A stretch of 64,000 nt of DNA from Heterodontus francisci (Eukaryota), in assembly GCF_036365525.1 (NCBI RefSeq), contig NC_090410.1, positions 5,704,001 through 5,768,000 on the forward strand, written 5' to 3'. This document shows positions 39,686-50,719 of this stretch, piece by piece. The notes beneath the pieces are model-generated. The model was not told where the DNA came from. It was given only the letters and a program-made list of their open reading frames with translations, and searched no databases. Position numbers and translations under genes: made by a program. How positions within the stretch are numbered: the first letter of the stretch is position 1; every line of letters begins with the position of its first letter.

Positions 39686-41191
39686 ATTAACTTTTTTCTG
39701 TTGTGTAAGCATGGACAATTCTACCATCTGATCCTTGGAATCAGCTTTTTTAACACACTCTTTCCTGCCCTCTCCAATGCAGTATTATTGTACAAGAGAT
39801 GCCCACAGCTGCTCATATTATTCAAAACGTTGGGCTAAATTTTGCATAAAGACAATTCTAATGAAGGGGCTGTACCTGAAATCGCAATATGTCATTTGTA
39901 TTTCCAAATGTTGAATGATCCTCTGTATTTCTAGCACTTTGCTTTTATTTTAGATTTCCAAGATTGGAATTATTTTCTTTTCATACGAGTAGGTTTGGAA
40001 CTTAGTCCTCTGATTAAGGTGGTTGTAGATTCAAGCCCCAATCCAAGACTGGAGAATTTAGGTTAATGTTCTAGTATAGTAATGAGGGAGTGCTGCATTG
40101 CCTGTGATGCTGTTCTTTGGATAAGATACTAAGCTGAGTCCCATCCATTTTGACTATTTACTTGTTCTAATTAATTTTGTTACTTCCAGCATCAGAGTAC
40201 ACACACATTCAGTTTCAGCAGAATCAGGTCGTTAATGAGACATCACACTCCACAATCCAGTATGAATACAGCATACAGTGGTTCACTCACAACCCTTATA
40301 CTAATCCTACCTTTGATCTCTACATTCTATGCATACTACCGCTAAATCACAGTACATCAAAAAAGATACAAGTGACACCAAAATAACAATATGGAGCCAG
40401 CAAAACACACTTAACATTTCTCAATCTCCCTATTGATTCCGTTACCATGGCTATATTGCCCTCTTAAGCTCCATGGTTTTACTGCCCTCACAAACGCTTT
40501 CCATAATTTTATTGCTATAAATACAAGTGACCTGATTAACATCCTCCAAACCATCAATGACATAGCTGAGTGAATTTCAGACAACCCATTAATTCTTTTA
40601 TCTGAGAAAGTACCCGCTTACACAAGGCATCCCATGCTCAACACAAAGCTGTTTTAACTCATTGTGTGCTGATCCCACAAACCGCCCAGGACATTGTGGC
40701 GTGCAGGCAAGTTGAATTCTCCTTTCCTATGCTGTCTACCTATCCTGATGTTAATGATCCCACAGCACTTTTCAAAGATGCAGTCCTGGCCAACATTCCT
40801 CCCTCAAACACCATCAAAAACAGATTGACAGATCGCTCATCTCATTGCTGCCTTTGGGATCTTGCAATGTACAAAATGGATGCTGTATATGCCTACTGAA
40901 TGATACTGTTTTACACCCAATTCATTGTATGAAATGCTTTGCAATATTTCTGAGAGGTATTAAGTGCTCTATAGATGCATGTGTATCTTTTGTAGATAAG
41001 GTTTGATCTGTCTGAATCACAATGTATGATTGGGAGATTATTATTTTCATATTTTCATGCTCTTCCCTTGGAAATCAGTGTGCAGTATTGGAAGGATTTG
41101 CAGACTTTTATAGTCCAACAGCTGACACGGTGGTTAGTCCTATTCACCAGAATGATACCAGGGGAAAAAGAGTTAAATTTTGAGGACAGAT

Positions 41192-41714
41192 TAAGACCGG
41201 CTTGGGTCTGCAAATGAAACCCGACCTGAGCCCAACAGAACCACATTCAACCCGAGCCCAACCCGGCCCAAGTCCTTTCATTTTCTTCCCGCACCTGACC
41301 TGACCCGACCACCGGAATGTTCAGTTAACCTAGCTTCCGTTCTTCACTTTTTACACTTGTGCAGCTAAGCAATAAAAACTGTAATAAAAACAAGAAATGC
41401 TGGAAATACTCAGCAAGTCTGGCAGCATCTGTGGAGAGAGAAGCAGAGTTAACGTTTCAGGTCAGTGACCCTTCTTCAGATTTCTAGCATCCGCAGTATT
41501 TTGCTTTTAATACAAAATGTAACTGGATTTGATAGGTTGTTTAAAAAGTACATTAAGATTGGAGCCATGTACCGGAGGTGGTGATAGAGTGTGTCTGACC
41601 CGGCCTGATCCGACCCGAGCCGGAATGTCGGACCCAGAAGAGTGACCCAACCCAACCCGAACCCGACACATGTAGTCGGGTCCTGTCAGGTTCGGGTTAG
41701 GTAGCCATGCTCTA
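41192..41714. mobile_element. hAT-type MITE with 8-bp TSD GGACAGAT inside a CR1 fragment (~41075-42560)
   Basis: GGACAGAT at 41184-41191 and 41715-41722; TA..TA termini; dense subterminal ACCCG/CGGGT repeats. The TIR match is weak. Confidence 0.72.
41385..41508 (-). mobile_element. Penelope-derived mini element with a hammerhead-like core
   Basis: Shares TGGAAATACTCAGCAAGTC...GAGAGAGAAGCAGAGTTAA with the Penelope end at ~60900. Minus strand reads CTGAAGA-AGGGTCACTGACCT-GAAACGTT. Confidence 0.75.
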
Positions 41715-41911
41715 GGACAGATTGCAGAAACTAGGCTTGTAGTCCCTTGAAGATTAAAAAAAATTAAGGAGTGATCTAATTGATGTAAGTAAGATGATTA
41801 AAGATTTGATAGGATAGATAAAGAGAAACTACTTGCTCTAGCATGGTCCCGAATAAGGGGACATAACCTTAAAATGAGGTCATTCAGAGGCGGTAACAGG
41901 AAGCACTTCTT

Positions 41912-42357
41912 AAAGAAAGAAAAACTTGCATTTATTTAATGCATTTTATGACTAAAGAATGTCCCAAAGTGCTTTACAACCAACAGTATAGTCACTGTTG
42001 TAATGTTGGAAATGCAGCAGCCAATTTGCACACAGCAAGCTCCACAAACAGCAATGTGATAATGACCAGATAATCTGTTTTTAGCGATGATGATTGAGGG
42101 ATAAATATGACCAGAACACTATGACTCCCCAGCTCTTCGACAAATTAGTGCGATGGGATCTTTTGTGTCCACCTGAGAGAGCAGACGGGGCCTCGGTTTA
42201 AACTCTCACCCGAAAGATGGCCCCTCCGATAGTGCAGCACTCCCTCAGCACTGCACTTCGAGCATCTCAAGATTTTGTGTTTACGTCACTGACCTGGGAC
42301 TTGAACCCCCAACCTTCTAACTCAGAGACGAGAATGCTTCCAACTGAGATATGACAC
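41912..42357 (-). mobile_element. DeuSINE (SacSINE1-like), full length
   Basis: Reverse complement of the 25190 and 52632 family. Confidence 0.82.
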
Positions 42358-42621
42358 TTTCTTCACACAAAGGGTAGTGGAAATCTGGAACTGTCTCCCC
42401 CAAAGGCTGTTGAAGCTGGGTGTCATTTGAAAATTTCAAAAATGAAATTGATTTTTCTTGGGCAAGGGTATTAAGGAAAATGGAACCAAGGTGGGAAAAT
42501 AGAGTTAAGATGCAGACCAGCCATGATTTAATTGAATGGTTGAGAGATTGAATGATCCTCATTTAATTTCCCTGGTTACCCTCTATTGATAGGGCCTGGC
42601 ATAGTTGCTTGGGTCCTGGCC

Positions 42622-42961
42622 TGGTTTAGTTTAGAGATACAGCACTGAAACAGGCTCTTCGGCCCACCAAGTCTTGCCGACCATCAACCACCCATTTTAT
42701 ACTAATCCTACACTAATCCCATATTCCTACCACATTCCCACCTGTCCCTATATTTCCCTACCACCTACCTATACTGGTGGCAATTTATAATGGCCAATTT
42801 ACCTACCAACCTGCCAGTCTTTGGCATGTGGGAGGAAACCGGAGCACCCGGAGGAAACCCACGCAGACACAGGGAGAACATGCAAACTCCACACAGGCAG
42901 TACCCAGAATTGAACCCGGGTCGCTGGAGTTGTGAGGCTGCGGTGCTAACCACTGCGCCGC
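42622..42961 (-). mobile_element. HE1-like V-SINE inserted into the minisatellite edge
   Basis: Same family; degenerate minisatellite units on both sides. Confidence 0.92.
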
Positions 42962-42969
42962 TGTTTCTA

Positions 42970-43414
42970 AAGCCTGGCTTGGTTGCTAGGGCCTGGTCTG
43001 GTTTCGAGGGTCACTGGTCTGGTTGCTAGGGCCTGATCTGGGTTACTGGGGCCTGGCCTGGGTTACTAGGTTCACTGGTCTGGTTGTTAGGGCCTGGCCT
43101 GCTAGGGTCACTGGTCTGGTTGCTAGGGCCCGGTCTGGGTTGCTAGGGTCATTGGTCTGGGTTGCTAGGTTCACTGGTTTGGTTGCTAGGGTCATTGGTC
43201 TGGGTTGCTAGGGTCACTGGTCTGGTTGCTAGGGCCCGGTCTGGGTTGCTAGGGTCACTGGTCTGGTTGCTAGGGCCTGGCCTGGGTTACTAGGTTCACT
43301 GGTCTGGTTGCTAGGGCCTGGCCTGCTAGGTTCACTGGTTTGGTTGCTAGGGCCCGGTCTGGGTTGCTAGGGTCATTGGTCTGGGTTGCTGGGGTCATTG
43401 GTCTGGGTTGCTAG
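42970..43414. repeat. G/T-rich minisatellite (~19-22 bp units, about 22 copies) directly upstream of C19orf47
   Basis: Alternating GGTCTGGTTGCTAGGGCC(T/C) and GGTCTGGGTTGCTAGG(G/T)TCA(C/T)T units; degenerate units also at 42590-42622. Confidence 0.93.
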
Positions 43415-43483
43415 GTGTCGATCACTCGTTGCCTGTTGGGCGCCCGGATATGACGTCAGGTGCTCCGCGGAGCCGCTGCCAAG
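43415..43483 (+). promoter_or_regulatory. C19orf47 core promoter and 5' UTR (CpG-rich region runs to ~43760)
   Basis: CCGGAT abutting CRE TGACGTCA (43451-43458); YY1-like CAAGATGG overlapping the start codon. Confidence 0.75.
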
Positions 43484-43502
43484 ATGGTGTCGGTGACTCT
43501 CG
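43484..43502 (+). CDS. C19orf47: C19orf47 coding exon 1 (19 nt)
   Basis: gccaagATG GTG TCG GTG ACT CTC G|gtgagt encodes MVSVTL(A); the recalled human protein begins MVSVTMATSEWIQFF. Confidence 0.9.
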
Positions 43503-43879
43503 GTGAGTTGGTGAAAAGCGGCCAGAACCGCGTGTGGGGATAGATCCTGGGGGAAGTCAGGCTGAAGCCCGAGGCGCGTTGTTTAGGCCTCGGCACCCAG
43601 TGGCGATGGGCTCGGGGTCCAAGCGATGTCAACCCGCCGAACCGAGGGAGCCGGCGCTTCAGGCCCTGGAGCCGGGTCTGGCAGGAAAGCAGCTTCTTGA
43701 CAGTGGGATTCCCATTGCTGCTTCCTCCAACCCCTGCCAGGGAGGCGGCGACACCGGATAAATACTGGGGCAGAGAGAGCATTCCACCAAATCTAATAAT
43801 TTCCTGAGTTCGCCTGTTACCCTCTCTGACCGAAAGCCCTGTTTCTGGTCTCTCTGTCAAAAGGTTGTTCCCATTTCAC

Positions 43880-44095
43880 AATCCTGGGCACATAATCCAG
43901 GCTGACACTCCCAGTGCAGTACTGAAGGGGCCCGGCACTGTCGGAGGTGCTGTCTTTTGGATGAGATGTTAAATCGAGACCCCGTCTGTCCTCACAGGTG
44001 GACATAAAAGATCCTGTAACATTCTTCGAAGAGCAACAGGAGAGTTAGCTTGGGATACTTTGCTACATTAAGAGCACTGTATAAATGTAAAATGT
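43880..44095 (+). mobile_element. DeuSINE fragment in C19orf47 intron 1
   Basis: GGCTGACACTCCCAGTGCAGTACTGA...GTCGGAGGTGCTGTCTTTTGGATGAGA. Confidence 0.78.
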
Positions 44096-47000
44096 TACAT
44101 TGCCAGTGATGCTGAGTTTCAGAAAAGAAGTTGAACTACTTGCCTAGACTGACTCAAAATTTCAAAATGATATTGATTTTTGTTAGGCAAGAGTATTAAG
44201 GGTTAAAGAACAAAAGCAGATGGAGTTGATACTAAATGGCGGAACAGACTCCAGGGGCTACTCCTACTCCTAGGCCTCCTTGGGCTGATGTAAAAGATCC
44301 TATGGTAATATTTGAAAAAGAGCAGAGTTCTGCTGTTCTGGGGACCATTTTTCCTGCAGCCAACCCCACCAAAAATAGATTAACTGGTAATTTGCCTTAT
44401 TGTTGTTTGTGGCATCTTGCTGTGTGAGAAACGGCATTTCAGGGTAGCTTATTGCATGTGAAGCACTGAGAGACATTTTTCCCGTATAAGGTGTAGGCTC
44501 AAGATTCTTAAATAGAGCAAGAAAGCATCGAGCGTTCTTTCAGTTAATGGTGTGTAATATTTCCTCTTCTGATGCAGCTTTACTGATATTTTACTAATAT
44601 TTCACAACTTTTGCACCAAATTCAAATGTCTCGGGAATGGTGAAGGCATTTTGTTTAAGACTTGTAATGTGAAGGTCATTTCTATGTTTCAAAACATACT
44701 GATTTTGTTATGCAAGGGTGTTGAGCAACTAAGGCAGGTAGATCGAGTTGATACTAAATGGCAGAACAGGCTCAAGGGGCTGAATGATCTCCTGCTCCTA
44801 TGCTGCCTCAGGTGGATGTAAAAGATCTGCTGTAAAAATGTCATTTGTAAATTGAACACAATGGGGTAAGAGTAACTTGCAGGAGAAAAAATTGTCTTTT
44901 AAAATGACATTGTTGCCTTTGAAGCTAAATCACAAGATAGCTTTGGATGCAAAAAGTCCTGACTGCATTTGATCTCATTGAGAAAACAAAGCCAAAAATA
45001 CTTGCTGATGCTAGGGATTAAGCCTGGGGGTCTCTTAATTACAAAACTCATGCTATACCACTGAGAGCCATCACTAATTGAACTCCAGTCAACTGTAGCT
45101 ACCTTCTCTGGTTCAGTGGCATCATTTGTTCCCTCAAGCGGTTTGAATGTCTTTTACGGGAGTTGACTCTCGCTGCCCTGTATCTACCTGCACGGTAACC
45201 CAGGGATATAGCAAGAGTATCCCCTTGTGATCCAGACTGGAAATTTCTTCAACCTTTCTGAACGTGGACCAAATTTAATTTGGAGAGAGGTTACAGCAAG
45301 CTGCTTTACTTCCAATGACCAGACATATTCAACAAAAGTTATTTTCCATTAGTACAGCTTGTCTGTATAATATAAAAATAACACATATTGCTTATCCGGT
45401 CAACCTGCTTGACTTAAAACTGATTTTCTAATTTCATCCTCCAGTACCCATCCTTTCTGCAACCTTTTGCTGCGTGCCTGACTGTGCAGCATCCTGTTTC
45501 CACTTTATTTTCTGGCTGTTCGCACCCAGAGAGAGAGAGATCAAAATCCTTCCAACACAATTTATGTTTGGTGTTTATTGATTAGTGAGACAAGCTAACA
45601 AATTGCTAATTATTTGTAGGTTTATGAAGAGGCAACACTGAAGCTAGCTCATTAGCATCTTTAATTGATGACCACCATCTCCGATCTTCCACCTTTTTTA
45701 CTTGGAATATACAAGGCTTTGCAGCATAACATTTTAAGTAACTTAAAAAATATTTTCTGTGAGGAAATGAAATGCATTCACCCACCGTAAATCTTTGCGT
45801 GTTGGTTAGCCTTCGACAAATAATGAGTTTGGACTGCAGTGATGTCATTATTATTGCTGTGGCATAGGAAAAATAAGTTTTAAATATTCTTTTAAACCAA
45901 AATTAAACACTGCCTAACTTTCCTCCCCAGCTTGCCTGCCTTCATTAAAAATAAAAAACCCCCCTGCAGGAAGTACCCACACTGTTCACACTTGAACTGT
46001 AATCCGTAAAATGTAATCAATATATTTTCTGCTGCGCTGATCATCTTTGATCTTAAAGTTTTAAGCACAAATGTGCTGTGATATGATGTAAAGAATGCAG
46101 AATATCCCCCTCCAATCAATTTTATAAGCAATGACCAGCAAGTTAAGTCTAAATTTCATTCCTGACTGCAGTCGCTTGTAAGCAGCAGTTGTAAAAAGAA
46201 ATTCCTCTAGTCCCTAGCACCAGTTTCAAAGTAAATATGTCTGCCGATTGACAGCGGACATTGGTTGCTTATAGAGAGATTTTTAACCTGCTGTTACCAG
46301 TTGTCATGCTGACTTGGCATGCGTGCACAGCAAAAACTTAAGTGTTAAATCAATGAAACGATTCCACTTACCTGGTATATAATGGGTAAATAACATGGAG
46401 GGACGTTATTCTACTTTAAACATAGTACATAGTGTTTACAGCACACGATGGACCATTTGACCCAACAGATGCGTGCTGGTGTTTTTGCTCTACAGAAGCC
46501 TCCCCCCACCCTACTTCATTTCACCTATCAAGATACCTCATGCCTTTTTCTCTCATGTACTTATCTAACTTCCCCTTAATTTTATCTATGCTATTCGCCT
46601 CAACTATTCCACATGGTAGCGAGTTCCGCATTCTCACCACTCTGAGTAAAGAAGTTTCTCCTGAATTCCCTATTGGATTTATTAGTGACTGTCATATTTA
46701 TGGCTATTAGTTTTGGACTCACCCGCAAGTGGAAACATCTTCTCTACATCTAACCTCTCAAACTCCTTCATATTTATAAAGACCTCCATTGGGTCACTTC
46801 TCAGCCTTCTGTTTACTAGAGAAGGACCTCATCATGTTCAGTCTTTCCTGATTTTCCAGCTGGCCTGTTTCTGCACTGTTAATTCTATGTAAATCTATGT
46901 TTAAAAAAAATCCTTCATTGAATGTGGATGTCGTTGGCATGTCCTGTCTTTATTGCCCATCCCTAATTGTCCTTGAGAAAGTGATCATGAGGCCCTGCCT

Positions 47001-49120
47001 TAAGCTTCTGTAGTCCACGTAATGAAGGTACTCACTGGTGTTGCCAGGATTTTGACCCAGCAACAATGAAGGAACGACAATATATGTCCAAGTCAGAATG
47101 CTAATGCACTTGTTCTTCTCGGTGGTGGAGGTTGTGGATTTGGGCGGGGCTGTTGAAGCCTTGGCAAGTTGCTGCAATGCATCTTGTAGATGGTTCACAC
47201 TGCAGCCTTGGTAAGAGTGAATATTTAAGGTGGTGGGTGGATGGTTAAAAAAAATTAAAATCTACTGATTTGCAATGATATGTTAATGATGTTGAAAAGG
47301 CATCTCCAGCATGCAAGCTGTTCTATTTTGTAGTCTGCTCTCACAGTTATGCGTATGATGCTATTTTTGTCCCACCACTTGTCTTTAAGCCCCAGTTGTC
47401 CCTTTGACCTTCATCGACTAAATGTCAGAGATTGAGCTATGGGTTACGTCATAGCAGAATTCCAACTGTTGCTGAAATCAACAAATGATCTTTTTGAAAG
47501 CACGTGAAAAATAAGGAGTTAGCTCCGATATTAAAAAGGTTGTGTGCGGTATAGTCTTCCCTTGTTATATTGCCTGTTGTGGTCCTGTTCCCTATCTAAG
47601 ATTCCCCCTGCTAAAACAGATCAACTTGTGGTCCACGATTGTAACTATCTTTCCGTGGTTTTTGTTGCCAATTGCTGTGTGACATACAGTGGTGAAATGT
47701 ACCCCAATGTGTAGTGTACTAATCATTGAGTTCACATTGCACTCCAGTGCTTAAGTTGCACAGGCAAGGGTTGTCCAGACATCTGCAGGCCATGTCCTCC
47801 TCAGCCCCCTGATTCAGTAAGGGGGCCAATGAAAACTCGTATTTCCTTTGGGGGTCTAGGCCATTTAACTCTCTTGAACCCCACTTGTGGGGCTCGTTTT
47901 CACCCACCTGTAGGCTGGCACACCTCAATCACCTGGTGTTTGGCGTTTCAGAGATATGCAGAGCCCTGACTGAGCTATTGGAACAGGATTTCTTGCTTGA
48001 GGGAGCTCCCCACCCTGACACTGAATCTCCAATGATATTTGCTTTATTGGGATGGTAGAGGTTCCAACTCTTACTGTCAATGCTGCCTTTCAAGGATGAA
48101 CTGACAATAGAGATCAGCTTCATCACCCATCTCTGCGCCTTATTTGAGGTTTGCAAGTTTCTCCCTTGTCTCAGCGACTGAAACTGAATGAGCAACGCTG
48201 TACAGCTTCAGATTTAAATACTGATTTTGTTTGTTAATTGTCACTCTAATGACTGGACATAGTCAGTGCTGAGTCTAAGTCCACATTCGTTACCATATCT
48301 CACTTCAGCCCCTGCTCATTCACTACGTGTCCCATTCTTTTCTTCAAATGTCTACGGCCATATTCCCACCTGAATCCAATTTTACCAGCCAGTGTTCTAC
48401 CCACCTGTAAATGTTGTCAGGTTCCACTATAAATCCTCAGCTATCTTATCAAATCCTACTATTCTTCCTTGTTTGGTATCATCTGTGAACCTGGGAGCCT
48501 CTTGGTTTGTATGGCTTAGTTATTCATCGTCTTTACCAAGGAATCCTCAGACTCTTTAAAAATCACTGGTTACAACTTGCAGTTATATAGCATCTTTAAT
48601 GTAATAAAACATCCCAAGGCGTTTCACAGGAGCATTATCAGACAAATTTGATTCAGAGTCATATAAAGAGATGTTGGGTTAAAATGCTTTCATGTTAAAT
48701 CTAAAAATTCTTTCTGTGTTGTGTGTTTCTCTGGTTTGCCTGGAAACAGTGTGCCATTACTTAGTGACAAAACAATTCAGTGATCAATCCATCTGACATG
48801 GAAAATGGGCATTTAAAACTCACTTTTTAAATGTGTTAATGAAATACTACACATGATTTGATGCAGGCACCTTCGGAATTGGAGTCCCCATTTGCTGTTT
48901 TCCCTTAAGTGGTAAGGACACAATTTGATTTTAGTTATTTCTCCTCATGCAGCCTAAAAGAACTCACCCTGTAGCAGCAGTCAAGCAGCAGTTGAATATG
49001 ACATTGCCAGTCAGAATGGTGTCCTGGAGCAGTTGTGTTTAGGATAGCTGACCTGCTTTGTTAAGAGACGTATTGTGTGTTGACACACTTCTGAGACTAA
49101 AAGCTTTTTCTATTCTGCAG

Positions 49121-49208
49121 CTACATCAGAGTGGATCCAGTTTTTCAAAGATGCTGGCATACCAGCAGGACCAGCTGTCAACTACGCTGTTAGCTTTGTG
49201 GACAACAG
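49121..49208 (+). CDS. C19orf47: C19orf47 coding exon 2
   Basis: ctgcag|CT ACA TCA: (A)TSEWIQFFKDAGIPAGPAVNYAVSFVDN(R); donor AG|gtaggg; 88 nt, phase 1-2. Confidence 0.95.
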
Positions 49209-50719
49209 GTAGGGCTGTTTATAATACTTGTAGGTTTCCTAGCATTGTTAAATGAACTGAAAAGAGCTTGAGACTATCCTGGAAAATTTCTCCACTGTGC
49301 TATAAACTTGAAATATTTAAACTTGGTGCTTTCAATTTCTTTTTGTCTTCCGTCAAATTGTTTCCATGATATTTATGCATAAGCATCTGCTGGGAGATAC
49401 ACGAGAGGCTGTGGACAACTTTTTCTCTCTCGGGAAGCTGCATGAATCCACTTGCCCCACTAACATCCACCTCAGTATGTTATGGCTGCTGGTGTTTCAA
49501 ATTCACTGTGGAGGAATACAGTCGAAGAGCCGATGGCAACCGAGCAAGCATGTTGTAGATTCACACAAGACAGTAGCATGAGAAACTGTACTGCTGGGCT
49601 GGCCTGTGTGAGGAGTCAGCCTGTCTTACAGCCAGAACAAAATGGCAGCTCCTATCCTAGCACTGCCAGTGGAGGGCATTTATGTTTTACTGCAGAGGCA
49701 GAAAGAAAAAGCACCTTGGAAGGTGTTAGTCTGTGCTTCCTGAAATTTAACCAAGATCTGAGTATGTTTGAGAGAAACCCAGATAAAAATCTGGTGCAGT
49801 CTATTGATGCACCAATATGTACTGTCTTTTCAAAATACAGATGTTTAACATCTGGGAAATAGTGATCCTACAAATTTCCAATGCTAAATATATGCTAAAA
49901 TACAGGCACACAGTATGGATGAAAAATTTAGGAGTTACAGATAATTGCTTTCACCTCACAAGCATCAGTTCCCATAAATGCCTCCTTCGAAAAGCTAAAT
50001 TTAGCTTGCACTTAATGTGTTGCTACTGGCAGATGATCTAATAGTATCCCTGCTGTTAGCTTCTGCCAGCGACTCCTTACTGAAGAACCCTAAAGGCAAG
50101 CATAGCTACCGTCAAAGATTTCCTCCCTGACTGTTATTTCATTAATTTAATCCAGAGAGTGATATGGGAAGATCATTTATTTTGGTGATGAATCAGGGTC
50201 GGACCCTGTGCAGGGAGTTATGGCCATGAACCTTCATTCTGCTTCTCTGCAACTCTAAACTCACTGAGCTTTCCTGTTCCCATTTGAGAAAAGCACACAC
50301 CCAGTGCTCATTATATCTTCCAAGTATTGGAATAAACAGGGCTTGTTTAATTAGTGTCTTTTTATAGGACGCCGGAACAAATGCATTCACCTACCCAGAT
50401 GTGGAAAGCAGAGATCAGGTGCTTCAAATGTAGCTGTGAAATTCCTTTGTTTCTTCATAAAATGAAAGGATGACAGAAAGGAGACTTCTGATATTATTGA
50501 TTTTTTTTACCCCCGTTCTCCCCAACCACCCCCCCCCTCCCCCAAACCACCATGATCCCCTCAAGGACACTATGATCCAGGGACCCAGTCAGTTTGAAAT
50601 CTTACATCTTGTAGCTTGAGGCCCTGCCAAGTTAATTGCTAAACCATAATGGCAAGATGGGCCTAGGTTCCATTCCCTGTCTGTACGGAACAAGCTGCTC
50701 TGAGCTGGGGATGAAGTTG

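Noticed and set aside
43023-43860. ORFs over the minisatellite and the C19orf47 CpG-rich region
   Set aside because: Repeat- or GC-driven open frames; the real exon is 19 nt.
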